A stretch of 35,135 bases of DNA. Origin: Octopus bimaculoides. Lineage: Eukaryota. Location: NCBI RefSeq assembly GCF_001194135.2, contig NC_068982.1:7358889-7394023 (forward strand), given 5' to 3'. The position numbers and the translations under genes are program-made. The stretch's first letter is position 1. Every line of letters starts with the position of its first letter. Below are positions 19,984 to 33,039 of the stretch, piece after piece. Below the pieces are notes generated by a model. It made no database searches. It saw only the letters and a list, made by a program, of their open reading frames with translations, and was not told where the DNA came from.

Positions 19984-21818
19984 TACTCACCGTCCTTTAT
20001 CTGTACAGTGTTTATCTTACTCCATGACGTTTTCATTTAAAGATATTAAAACGCTTGGTTTTGTTCAACCGTGTCATCTGTAATATACGCCAATGGTTTT
20101 TTGAATAACAAACCAACTCATGAGACCTGCAATTTTGAGCATCGTAAGCTATGTGGTTTCTTGTTTCTCTCACAAATTTCAAAATAAATTCCAAATCAGA
20201 ACCTGTGTTTGTTATTTGTATTCATTTTCCCGATAATATATTCAGTAATAAGGGAGTTTAATTCATTCACATCAAATTCTCCTGTGTGATTCGTAATTAT
20301 GGTGCCAAATAAATCTATTCTACTTAACGTCATTTCCACAAACACTCGCTTAATTTTCTGAGAAAAAAATATTTTATTCTTCAGCTCTTATTCAACGAGC
20401 AATATTAATTATATTTCAGTTAAAAACATTATTTTTGCTTCAGTATCACTAACATTCATGGCTGCTCATGTCAAAATGGTTTTCTTAATTCCCCAAATTT
20501 CTGTTTAAATTATCTTCCAACAATGAAGAATACTAATTTGTTCTCACCCGTCGAACAGTAAGTTGGCTGTCTTCCATATCATGCAGTATTTGTTTATACG
20601 GATGTTTAACCCAATTTACTTTGATTCACTGATTGGATAACTCCTCTTTATTGGGTGTTCATGTGAGAACTTGAAAGTAAAGTGCTCTACCTCTTAATAG
20701 ACGTGTTATCAATTAGTCATCAAAATCTGAAAACTGATATAATTTTCTAAAGAACAAATGTTTTCATAAAACCCGCTTTAAATTATGCAGTAAACACTTA
20801 TCATTTTTGAATAGCAATGAACTAGGAGTGTATTTTGTTTAACCTTTTCATAGTCTACGGGTTAAGGACGCTGTTAAATAATGAGAGCTACATAAAACAC
20901 CCAATGCATTGCAGTAACATAATTACGTAGTTTCTTATGATGATTTGAATCGTTTTTTTCCGTTCGTTTGCTTATTTTTCTATTCTTGATATAAAGATTC
21001 TCTTTGATATTTTTCTACAATAGACAAGTTTGATCAGCATTAAATATTAGTCGTATAATCTAGCAATCTTCACCTTTTCATAGCAGTTTCCTTATCAGTT
21101 GATGTACTTTCATACAATTTAATATTATGGAGAAAATTAACTTTTTATTAATTTTTCAAGCCATCCCTCACTCTCCGGAAGTCCAGGTTGTAGGAGATCA
21201 AATGTTTAGTTTTCAGTGTTGATTTAATTAAACATTTTCACTGCTTCTTCACGTTGTAGCAAAACTGTCTGTACGCATTTCTTTTTGGAGTTTTATCTTC
21301 TGTACATGATCAAGGGTTATTTATATTGTTTCCATAATGTTGTTACGTATGTATGATGTCAGTTTACTGAGGGAAGTAGCTGTGATTATAGTGGTTCTGA
21401 TATTTATCTGCATTTCCTTATCTGATTCAAGCAGTTGTGCCGTTGTGTTTAAGTATTTCGTAGTTTCTCTTTTGAATTCGATATATTTCAATTTCCGTTG
21501 CATGAGAAATTTATTTATTTTCTATTATGATTTGAAGCTTGAAACTCTTTAATTAAATCTCGAAAAATATTTAATGAAACACAAATAACAAGCCTAATGT
21601 AGGTGATTTAAAGTGCAGTCTACATCAACATTGTTGAAACAAAAACAAAGCAAAGTGAAAGGCAATTGTAAAATGGAAAACTTTCAAGTCTACAACATTG
21701 AACAAAATGTATATCCAAAATGACATGAAACTAGAAAATGAGCCTAGTGTGCCGAAGGAAAACTGTATATATGCATGCGTATATACACATAAATATGAGG
21801 ATGCTTACCTTTAAACAT

Positions 21819-21819
<1 letters not shown>

Positions 21820-21877
<58 letters not shown>

Positions 21878-21893
21878 CGTGCGTGTGTGTGTA
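21820..21893 (+). repeat. (GT)n microsatellite; further (GT)n-rich tracts at 22103-22223 and 23167-23340
   Basis: Seen directly. Confidence 0.9.
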
Positions 21894-22189
21894 TAGTTAA
21901 TCTAAAAATAACGAATAAAAAGCACAAGAAAAAACAAGTTGAGGACGTGGTGCATGCAAAGTATTAGCAGACGTTCAGGGAAGGAAAGAAAGGGTGTTTT
22001 TATATTTCAAGCAAAGCTCTTCGTCAGAAACAGGAGACAGAGGAAAGTCCAAGAGAAAAGGAAGACGGAGGAAAGAAATCGCCAACGATTCACATGTGGT
22101 TATGTGTGTGTGTGTGCGTGTGTGTGAGTGTGTGTGTGTGTGTATGTGTGTGTGTGTGTCTGTCTGTATGTCTGTGTGTCTGCGTGTGT

Positions 22190-22226
<37 letters not shown>

Positions 22227-23644
22227 ATATGAGGAATTTAGTTTATTCATGATCTAAACGAACAGGTCCTCTGTGTAAGAGCTATAATGGATCAGGCAGT
22301 AAGAGTATCTCTAGTCATTTAGAGTATTTGATTAGAGGAATGTGAGTTAGAAGTAATTAATTAAAGTCTTACAGATGTTTCTGATATATCCCAGGTGATG
22401 GATTAGCATCTCCATACACTGGGTATTCCGTGAGCAGAGACACGATAAGTATATCTGTATTACATATATATATATATCATAAAATAAGGATTTAGATAGA
22501 ATCAGGTACTTGAAAAGATATGCACCAGGTAGGGTTAGATAAACCTGTGCTTCCGGCATAAACCTGTGGTAAATATCAAGTAAGGTATTCCGGTTGTGTA
22601 GCCAGAGAAAACCAAGTCTATGAGTATTTAACGCCTAACGGCTGGTCTCAAGCATGCGTTACGTCGAGTTGTACGTTGTTGGTATATTCTAGAATGTCCG
22701 ACAAGTGATTGGCTGATTGACTTGTACGCATTTATTTTTCTTCTCACTTACTTCCAACCTCGTTATCCTTTATTTATCTTAGGTCCTCTCCCAGCTACCC
22801 ACTGCTCTAAGCCTACTATTATAAAATATCACCTGCACCCTACTCCAGCCTACCTGAGAACCATTCTAGCAGACGTCTATCACACCTGGGTCGCTGACCT
22901 TAGATATATTACACACTATATTCACAGCTATATACTTAACCTCAACAGCCAACTTTGTTAGTCATTCATCCATTTCATGTTTGGCGTCAACAGACTCCAG
23001 CCATGCCATGTTGTATTCTTGGGATATTCTTTTGTTCAGAAAATTATGTTTCATCTGATTATTTCGGCTTTTTGCAATGGAGTAATGTTCTCATTCTTCT
23101 ATTAAAAAGATGAGTAAGAAACAGCTGTAATGAGCTGACAATTACCGATCGTATGTTATTATTCATGTGCGTGTGTGTGTGCGTGCGTGTGTGTGTGTGC
23201 GTGTGTGTGTGTGTGTGTGTGCGTGTTTGTGTGCGTGTGTGTGTGCGTGCGTACGTACGTGCATGTATATGTGTGTGTGTGCGTATGTGAGTGGGTGGGT
23301 GCGCGCGCGTGCGTGCACAGGCATATATATGTGTGTATATAGATATAGCTGTAGACTTTGATGCAGCGAGAGACAGGCAGACACAGAGACAGGAGAGAGA
23401 GTCAGAGAAGTTGGCGTAATTGCTTCAGTTACGATCATATTGCCGGTATAGGAAGTACTTCAAGATATCACTCTGTATAAAGTATTCTATAAGCGATATT
23501 TTGTTGTACTCCTTAGATAAAACATTTTAAATAGATATTCAGATATTACATTCATATTACTATAAATATATAATCGTAGGAACCATCTTATATAATCATT
23601 TCCGATGTATCATTATTTTAATATATAATGTATAATATATTAAT

Positions 23645-24049
23645 ACAAATTAATGTGAAGGAATCGAGTTAATTTATTTAGGTTTGATTGTGAAGGATGT
23701 TAAGATTTTTGACGAAGTGGACAGTCTCTTCACTTTAATTAAATAAATCTTCGACGTCCCGTTCTTCAACAACACATTTCTGAGAAGCGATGTATGTAAG
23801 AAAAAATTGTGGGTAGATCATGCGAGCAAATATCACTTTATTACCAATTATTGTGGGGGAATTGAGTTAATATATTTACGTTTAATTGTGAAGGATGTTA
23901 AGTTTAAAATATTTTGATGAAGTGGACAGTCTTTTCAGCTTAATTCAATATATTTTTGACGTCCCGTTTTTCAACAACACATATCTGAAAAGCGATGTAT
24001 GTAAGAAAATATTGTCGCTAGATCACGTGAGCAAATATCACTTTCTTAC
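23645..24049 (+). repeat. ~200-bp diverged tandem duplication of non-simple sequence, possibly a decayed coding exon
   Basis: Units at about 23645-23843 and 23844-24049. The shared frame reads FDEVDSLF(T/S)LI(K*/QY)IFDVPFFNNT(F/Y)L(R/K)SDVCKK. Confidence 0.85.
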
Positions 24050-24328
24050 ATGGCAACTAGCAAGAGAGACATTTTCTCGGTATTTCGAAAATACAATAGA
24101 GTGTATGTTGAAATCATTTAAAATTCAACAGGGAAAAGTTTTGAAAAGAAACTGATTTATATGGAAAACGAATTGGAGACTGATATGTAAATTTTAAAGT
24201 AAAAAATATGTTACTAATATACTTGGGTGCAAACAAAAGCATATTGATTATATATGTTGTCTTTACATTCCGTCTTTGTCTTTGATTATGTTTGTCTGTA
24301 CTTTCCCTGTTTAAGTTGCTCTATGACA

Positions 24329-24485
24329 GTTGCGGACATAGGATCGCGGTTTCGATTCCCAGAACGGGCGTTGTGAATGTATAGTGAGCGAAAACACTTA
24401 CAGCTCCACGAAACTCCGGCAGGGGAAGGTGTCGAACCCTGCTGTACTCTTTCACCACAACTTTATCTCACTCTTTCTTCATGTT
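24329..24485 (+). mobile_element. SINE family B, 3'-truncated
   Basis: B box GTTTCGATTCC 24349-59; body alignable to 7500-7640. Confidence 0.8.
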
Positions 24486-24492
24486 CAAGAGA

Positions 24493-24619
24493 AACATGAA
24501 AAAAGAGTGAGAAAGAGTTGTGGTGAAAGAGTACAGCAGGGTTCGCCATCACCCCCACTGCCGGAGCCTCGTGAAGCTTTAGCTGTTTTCGCTCAATAAA
24601 CACTCACAAACCCGGTATG
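24493..24619 (-). mobile_element. SINE family B, inverted copy truncated at the same point; runs into a gap
   Basis: Reverse complement of about 24362-24485, separated by a 7-nt loop. Confidence 0.8.
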
Positions 24620-25341
24620 NNNNNNNNNNNNNNNNNNNNNNNNNNNNNNNNNNNNNNNNNNNNNNNNNNNNNNNNNNNNNNNNNNNNNNNNNNNNNNNNN
24701 NNNNNNNNNNNNNNNNNNNNNNNNNNNNNNNNNNNNNNNNNNNNNNNNNNNNNNNNNNNNNNNNNNNNNATATATATGTACGTGTCTGTGCGTGTGTGTG
24801 AACAAGACTGTCTTAGATCATTCAAATAGATCATGTGTCTGACAGGACATCGGTTTATTTGTAAGGGGGCGCCACGTTGTCTAATTCCTGTCTTCCACCT
24901 GGTCAACTTGCTGTTTATCCGGCGGTATTTTCCAAATAACTGTTATCCAAATAACAACATGAAACCACGACGACGCGTAACTGTCCTCGACCAATCCCAG
25001 GCCACCTTCCATTAATAACAATCAACTTCTCTTATTCAAATTCAAAATCGCTGTCGACTAGCATCACGCTTGAAACTCAAAAACATCAACGAATTTGAAT
25101 CAAACTGTTATGATCCATACATGTGACTCCCAATAAATTTGTTGAGTGACCTTGTTTTGTTTGTCCACTCATGTGTGTATATATATATACATATATATAT
25201 ATGTAATTCGATTAGAGATTATGTTAACCACATGGTGGGGTGATTTCGTCCAAAGAAAAACTGTTTCAATACGTAGTATTTGGGGGAAATTACTTTCCTT
25301 AAAATAATAGGTATATATATATAAGCCTATAGTTTATATTC

Positions 25342-25682
25342 ATATAAAAGAGGAAAAAGAAAATGGAGATTCGGAAGTTAATAATTGTTTAGTATTAACA
25401 GCAAATGAATCATCATCCCTTACAGCTGTTTCAGTTAATACTCAGTAAATACTAAGTAAATATTAAATTGATATGACCTGAGCATAATATCTCCAGAAAC
25501 GAAAAAATATACCCTTGGATGTTTCATATGTGTTTATAGATTCTTAAAGTCTATCATGCTCCGGTCATACAAATTTAATAGTTACTTAATATTTCATGGA
25601 ACAGCTGTAAGGGATGATGATTAATTTGCTGCTAATAATAAACAATTATTAATTTCCCAGTTTCCATTTCCTTTTTCTTCTG

Positions 25683-25687
<5 letters not shown>
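25342..25687. repeat. Imperfect inverted repeat (arms about 25342-25490 and 25551-25687), possibly inverted Penelope-like terminal repeats or a MITE
   Basis: Arms align with scattered mismatches and one ~11-nt indel. Both carry aatcatcatcccttacagctgtt, i.e. G(A/G)AACAGCTGTAAGGGATG on the opposite strand. Confidence 0.75.
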
Positions 25688-25716
<29 letters not shown>

Positions 25717-25811
25717 NNNNNNNNNNNNNNNNNNNNNNNNNNNNNNNNNNNNNNNNNNNNNNNNNNNNNNNNNNNNNNNNNNNNNNNNNNNNNNNNNNNN
25801 NNNNNNNNNNN

Positions 25812-25832
25812 TAGGTAGACAAACAGACAGAC

Positions 25833-25902
<70 letters not shown>

Positions 25903-25980
25903 ACATAGGCATGTATGTATGTATGTATGTATGCGTGTAAGTATGTATGTACGTATGTATGCATGTATGTATGTATACAG
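25812..25980 (+). repeat. (GACA)/(GATA)n/(GTAT)n microsatellite
   Basis: Seen directly. Confidence 0.9.
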
Positions 25981-28051
25981 AAGTACACACATACAATTGT
26001 ATGTGTTTGTGTTTAACTACTTTCAGACAACAGTTCAGATTGTGTATATTAAATTGATGTATGCCTTTGATACAAAGGCATAGAGCAGTTTATTGCTTCT
26101 GAATGAAGTGATGGTTATGTCTGCATAAATACCAATCAGTTATTAAGTTACAAATATTAAAATCAATCTACCTTTAAGAAGCTATTCAATGATTTTTCGT
26201 TCGTTGTGAACACTGGTAAACATTAGTGGTTTAATATTATTTAATTGTATTTCCAAAGCGATGGGCGATAGGCTTCATACTAAATACGTTATGCGTAAAA
26301 AATCTTAACAGAATGAAAATATTTGCCATTGTAATCGCAGGCTTCTTTTTCTACTTTGCAAACAGGTGAAACAAAAATTAATAAATACGTATTATCCACG
26401 CCTTAGATCTATATTTGTATTATATTCAATTATTTTGTTTTTAAAACTTTGTCAACAACTTAAGTTCATAGTACTTGGAACAATGGTTTATTTAACTTTA
26501 GCACCGATAGACCACGTGTTGTAGCTAAAATCGATGTCTTGTATATAAAACATACTGTGTGGTTACTCAATTAGTCAATAAAATATATTCAGTTCGTTCT
26601 TATAGAAATATAAACACCAACTTGACATTATTCATTAAGCATTGCTACAAGTTAAATTTTTGTGGTAATTTTTTTGTTTTGTAGAAAATATAAACAAAAA
26701 GAAATCGAATTTTCATTATCTTAAATGGAACAGATAAGAGTGATAATTACATGACAAATGCATGTCATGCAAAATTGTGGATGAAATATCTGCCAAATAT
26801 ATCAAAGTCGAAGTTATTTCTAGAACTGGGGATACGTTCCTACGAGAGCAAAATGAAGAAAACAATTAATAAGTGTGAAATTAGAAAGATGGCAATGCAA
26901 TAATTTCTAATTATCATTGAGATTGATGGTGGCAGGAACTATAAATTGCTTGCAATTCCTCTCAGTGATTGTGCCATGTGCTATTCTCTACATAATAATA
27001 TATACTTCACTCAAACCAGTAAGGAATAAGTTAATTATGTGTCGCAATATATAATGATTTACAAGTCATAACATTATAAGGAGTGAATATTTTTAACAAC
27101 CAACCCTAAGTCTCTGCTGACTAATTCCTGGTTCATTACATCTTTCAACATATCATCTAGCTACTTTGAACGAAAATCAATAATTGTTTCACGTACATTG
27201 GTTCAGCACTAAATCACAGACGTTGAAAAGCATAGAATAGACATCTATTTATTTTACGATAAAAGTTCACAATGCTCAAGCATTTGATCATCAAATTAAC
27301 AGCGCCAGTCATATTCCGATATAGATACATTCATGTTATTAATGCTTTGTTTATAACTGGCGTTCGGCTGAAACGTTCATAGTTTTATGTAGTTACCATG
27401 CTGAAAAGCTCTGTTCCATATTTTATTCACTACGAATGAAAAACTGAAAGAATTTCAAATTAAATACTATGCTCGCAGATATACAATTTTAAAACAGATT
27501 CACGATTATTAACTTTAATGCCCTTTGTAACTTTATATTAATTCTCACATAAACAAAGTTGTACACTTAATAAAAAAGTCATACAAGCATGCACACACAC
27601 ACATATGTATATATATGTATATATATNNNNNNNNNNNNNNNNNNNNNNNNNNNNNNNNNNNNNNNNNNNNNNNNNNNNNNNNNNNNNNNNNNNNNNNNNN
27701 NNNNNNNNNNNNNNNNNNNNNNNNNNNNNNNNNNNNNNNNNNNNNNNNNNNNNNNNNNNNNNNNNNNNNNNNNNNNNNNNNNNNNNNNNNNNNNNNNNNN
27801 NNNNNNNNNNNNNNNNNNNNNNNNNNNNNNNNNNNNNNNNNNNNNNNNNNNNNNNNNNNNNNNNNNNNNNNNNNNNNNNNNNNNNNNNNNNNNNNNNNNN
27901 NNNNNNNNNNNNNNNNNNNNNNNNNNNNNNNNNNNNNNNNNNNNNNNNNNNNNNNNNNNNNNNNNNNNNNNNNNNNNNNNNNNNNNNNNNNNNNNNNNNN
28001 NNNNNNNNNNNNNNNNNNNNNNNNNNNNNNNNNNNNNNNNNNNNNNNNNNN

Positions 28052-28080
28052 GGATTTGGTAGACGAGAACTGAAAGCCCG

Positions 28081-28132
<52 letters not shown>
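28052..28132 (+). mobile_element. SINE family C fragment emerging from a gap, followed by (GT)n
   Basis: ggatttggtagacgagaactgaaagcccgtcg. Confidence 0.7.
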
Positions 28133-28133
<1 letters not shown>

Positions 28134-28612
28134 GTATGTATGCCTGCAAAACGAGAGAAAGCAAATACTGAAAACTTTCAGATGACGTATATTTAAGTAT
28201 AATCATATCGATATTTATATTAATAGATCAAACTTTCACAGAGTACAAACGGCAGGGAAAATTATAGAGGAGGAAAGTAAGATATTATAAGTCCAATAGC
28301 TGTTTCTGGGGGCTCGGAGATCTATCCTATTGTTGAGAGATGTAGTTCATCATAATATGCGGGCCGTAATGGGAGTAATCAACATTAGATAAATTAAGCC
28401 TCCTTCATCAGATTATACCGCATAATTGGCTCCATATCTGCTCAGCTCGATTCCTCTTATAACGAGTCTTTGTCTTGCAGAATTGGTTTCTCGTAAAGAC
28501 ACCTCCGGAGTCTAAGATTGAATCATTTGAGCGCTATTACGTGTTTTCGTATCCTGAGAATCTCTGGATTTCATTTGTTCACTGTGTGTGTGTTTGTGTG
28601 TATGTGTGTGCG

Positions 28613-28654
<42 letters not shown>

Positions 28655-28655
28655 C

Positions 28656-28703
<48 letters not shown>

Positions 28704-28856
28704 CAGTCTTCTTTCAGTTTCCGTCTACCAAATCCATTCTAAAGGCTTTGGTCGGCTCGCAGTTATAGAACACACTTGCTCAAGCTTGCTCAAGGTGCAA
28801 CGCTGTGGGACGGGACGCAGAACCATGGAGTTGCGACGCAAACTCCTTACCACACA
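28704..28856 (-). mobile_element. SINE family C, 5' portion
   Basis: Minus strand tgtgtggtaagg...ccatggttc...gcaccttgagcaag...gccgaccaaagcc...ggatttggtagacggaaactgaaagaag. (TG)n(TA)n at 28583-28700. Confidence 0.8.
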
Positions 28857-30203
28857 TTATTTTCTTTTTATTCCTACGTGTGTGTCTCTGCGTGTGTGTT
28901 TGTGTGTGTGTACAAAGTGTTCACATAAGTGCTCACCCTCTGTTTCTTATATCTATTTTTTAACACGCTTACTGGCTAATCGTGACACCAGCGCTTGTTC
29001 TGGCACTGTTTTACTATATATCGCTGACGGGGAGATGAGTCGCTGCCAGCTCTAGCGGTTGAGCATCCATTATTTACGAGACTAGGGGAGGTGATCTGGT
29101 GGTCTCGGCGCTGCTGGTGAAGGGGATTTATTTCCCCGCTAGCGCTATAAACACAGAGTGCATTCCTCACCAAAAGCCAATATGAGGCTTTCTTTAATGG
29201 CATTTACCGCAATATAGTTTCATCTAAGAGAACATCCACGTTTACGTTGTATAAATATTACTCCACTTTATATATACTTTTTTCTTATCTACAATATCTA
29301 TAAGCGAACACGTCCTATGCATATGTCTTAGAAATTCAACCATGTTCATACATATTATCTGTTGCAGTTGAAAATTTATTTATAAAGGAATATGTCTGTC
29401 ATGTATATATTTTCTAAAGATCTCAGTGAACTTTATAAAACATGTTCTGATATATGAGACTCTCTGTAAAATGTATTGCATATAAGATTCCTATCTGAGA
29501 GTTAGTTGTGTTTAATTTCACTTATATCAATTTGCATTCGTGACCATATATTTAACTATTATCATTTTCTTCTTGTTTACTTTGTCATTTACTTGGTTTC
29601 GTGACCATTGCTACGTTAATAGTTTTGGAAGCTAAACTTTTGTAATTAAGACGATACCAATACTGATAGCAAAAATAAAAATGGAAAACGAGGCTACAAA
29701 TTACTATCTTCTTCATGCAGTTTTTCTTTTTATTTCTTCGCCTACAAATGTCGTATAAGAATTATTATTTTAAAACTCTTATCATTATAACTTAGCAAAT
29801 GCTTGTTTGTCAATTTTCAAATCCAACATTACTTCTAGTCACATATATTCATAAATATGGCGACCATTACTGTTCGTCATGTATTTCTTTTTTGTTCTTA
29901 ATATCTTTCAATAATACACTGTTACGAATAATAAGGTAATGACTCGTCGTTATTTATTCCACTTCTTCTTATTCCTTTCTAGCATAATTTACTTGTTACT
30001 ACCATCAAACATTTAAGACATATTAATATTAACCTTCTGATTTATACATTTGGAAATCAGTACATGTTGAATGTTTTTTTTAAATCAGCTTTTTGTTAAC
30101 TTTACGATATCATGAGGTTTTCCGATGATCATAGCAACGGGAAAAATTATTAATACACAAATGTATATATTTTTCCCTTTATTATATATATGTACACAAA
30201 TGA

Positions 30204-30308
30204 GGTTCTACATTTAAGAGATGAGGAATCATGTACATTATTTACATCTGACGGATATGTTTCCTCATCTTGTTTGTTGTTAACACAACGTTTCGGCTGA
30301 TATACCCT
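30204..30308 (-). mobile_element. Family D 3' fragment containing only the 3' half of the hammerhead
   Basis: Reverse complement of about 7292-7396, roughly 90% identical by eye. Confidence 0.8.
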
Positions 30309-30485
30309 TAGCGGTATTTCGTTTGTCGCTACGTTCTGAGTTTAAATTCCGCCAAGGTCGATTTTGTCTTTCATCCTTTCGGAGTCAATAAATTAAGTAC
30401 CAGTGAAACACTGGAGTCGATGCAATCGACTAGTTCCCTCCTCTAAAAAAATCCAGGCCTTCTGACTATGGTAGAAATGATTATT
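30307..30485 (+). mobile_element. SINE family A (tail type 2), 5'-truncated
   Basis: cttagcggtatttcg...gagtttaaattccgccaaggtcgattttgtctttcatcctttcggagtcaataaattaagtaccag. Confidence 0.8.
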
Positions 30486-31217
30486 TATATATGTGACGAG
30501 AGAGATAGAGAAATGAAATATTCCTATAAGTAATTTTATTCAGAAATAATACGAGAAGTGCCACTCACCTCAATAGGAAGCAGTTTGCGGCTGCGTGTGC
30601 AGCTGTACTTGAGTTTCTGTTTATAAATATGAAAATGGAAATAAATAAATGAAACCCAATTAGTAGACGAAGTTATTAAATTTTCGAATACCAACTAATA
30701 AGTCTGATTAGATTGATTATAAATTATATTTGTATATTACATAAGAAACGAAGGCTGTATGTGAATTTTTAAAGCAAACTTATAACTGTTATATCGCTTA
30801 AATGGTTATACGTCTTGTTAATATTCCAATGTTATTAATAATTTCGATTGCTTTGCATCAGAAAGGATGACAGCCCGTGTCATTAAAGTAAACAAACATT
30901 TAAACTCATTTCAAATTTGAAGATTTTTATAATAATTTCCTTTCTTTCATTTACATCTTTAGATTTTTTGGTATGATACAAAAGGAATAAGACCAACTTA
31001 AACATCCGCCTAGCTACACAAGCCTCCTTAGGTTATGGTTAGTATTTTATTATTTTATTCATATTGAATGTGTTTTCTGTCTTTTCATTTAATTATCAAA
31101 ACAGACTTTTCGTTGTTTGTCTTCCACCATTTTATATATTATTAAGCGAGAGCGATTTTCTTCTTTCCTCTTTCTCTGTATTTTCCTTCTTGTCTTTCAA
31201 CTGCTTCAGTCTCTTCC

Positions 31218-31221
<4 letters not shown>

Positions 31222-31280
<59 letters not shown>

Positions 31281-31290
31281 TCTCTCTCTC
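31222..31290 (+). repeat. (CT)n microsatellite
   Basis: Seen directly. Confidence 0.95.
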
Positions 31291-33039
31291 TGTGCAAACG
31301 TCACTCACTCTCTATCTCTCTTTCAAATTGCTACGATATGTTGCAAAAATAGTCGTCATGATTGCTCACAGACTTCATTTGCACAGAAATGGAAAGAGTT
31401 TCTTGAAAGCCAAGTAAACACTGCTCACAGAAAAAAAGAAAGATTATTGGAACCGTTTAAGTACAACCCAAGTACAATACAGCGCAAAACGGAAATTAAA
31501 AAGAATCGTTCATGAAAAACGCTCTTGTATTTTAATTCAAATTATTGCCGTAATTTTGTTATAAATATTCTACTTTGAAATATATTACACCAAACAGAGA
31601 GAATGACACCAAAAGAAAAAGAAAAAATTATTAAAGTAGCGTCTCATGTAAAAAAAAAATGGATTTCAATATATCTTTGTACCGTATATTGTGATGAATA
31701 TTGTAGGTGGCATATAACATAAACTATTACATCACATAATTAACAAGATCATGTGAAAATTTAACATCTACATCATTAATGGTTTTCGGGCGATTCTTGT
31801 ACACTGATCTTGTCGAAGGTCCTTTTTCCATCACCTTGAACGAAAGAAATTTAAAACTCTATCCTGCGTGATTTGTTCACATGATTGAAAATTCATAATC
31901 AAATATTGCGACTTTCTTTTTGGCTGCCAACCACTGCTATCTAACAGAGTCAGTGTAAAACCTTATTGAATAAATGTTAACATATTTGAAGTGATGTTAA
32001 TGAATAAATATCTAGTTTTCGTAATTAATACACCCCTAAGACGAAGTCTGTGAGTTATTGCATTGTATTATCAACTAATTGTACGCTAAAACAATTTATT
32101 TGTAATACCTACTAAACTAATATCTCTTCGCTGGGTTTCAGAGATAAAACACTAGACTTTTAATTATCTGAATGGTTATTAGAAAGATCAGTCAGACGGA
32201 AAAAAATAATAGCTTGCTAACTAAACGCTGTAATATTCCAGTGTAATCGTGGTTCTGTATCCATTATGAAGGAACTTATACAGTATCTATCTAACAAAAA
32301 ATAAACATAAATCGAAGACGGCACTGTTTCCTGCTGAAAGTAACAGAAGTACTAGTTGTAATGCTTTCAAGTTCTTTAATAGGTTTCCATCGTGATCCAC
32401 GTACTTATAGAGGAGAACTACTTCAATTATTATTTACTAAACACTTCATAATTGTGGACTTCCTTTTACTATAAATATAATATTCTATAATGGTAAACAA
32501 GAAAAAATCTCTTTCTAACTTTATTCAATGATTAAGAAAGCTATGGTATTCGGAATAATAATTATTCATTTACAGGAAACGACAATAATTTATAAAATAA
32601 TCTAATATCCTAAGATACAAAATTGTACCCTTCATTCACCTAATATACATCAGTATGAAATAGAATGCATAAATTTCAGTACACTTTTGTGAACATCATG
32701 TTATCTGCTCTTGATTATAGCTGGACTCAATTCATATTTGGTCACATTTTTCCATATCTGAGAGTAAATTTCGGGAACAACCATTCTGTAATTCGAAATC
32801 AGGGGGCGTTTCGAGGACCTCAATATTTATCCCTCATTTTCGTAGGGAACCCAATTTCTCTAATCACCACCATTTATTTATGTAGAATATAAAAGCTATG
32901 ATACTATTTGAATTGGTAATTCCATTTGAATTGGTAGTTAAGTATTACATTAACTACCAATGTTCTAAGTTCAATCTTTTTCAGGTTACGTTGATAAAAT
33001 TTGCACGACTCGTCCACTGGTACATATTTGACTAATAGT

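Noticed and set aside
19901-20083. Cys-rich ORF (CNDCSQSKCNDCSQLKCTH), superficially B-box/metallothionein-like; also a minus-strand GTGAGT donor at 19990
   Set aside because: The repeated CxxC comes from a near-exact 24-bp DNA duplication. An in-frame stop lies just upstream, and the putative minus-strand exon is closed in all frames.
23118-23129. Isolated GAAACAGCTGTA
   Set aside because: No upstream CTGANGA or stem II; at most a remnant, not a ribozyme.
27370-27377. GAAACGTT hammerhead-like half motif
   Set aside because: No core or stems upstream; an 8-mer is expected by chance.
31730-31840. Minus-strand SVYKNRPKTIND, reminiscent of a Tc1/mariner transposase C-terminus
   Set aside because: A single short motif, with no DDE context or TIRs.
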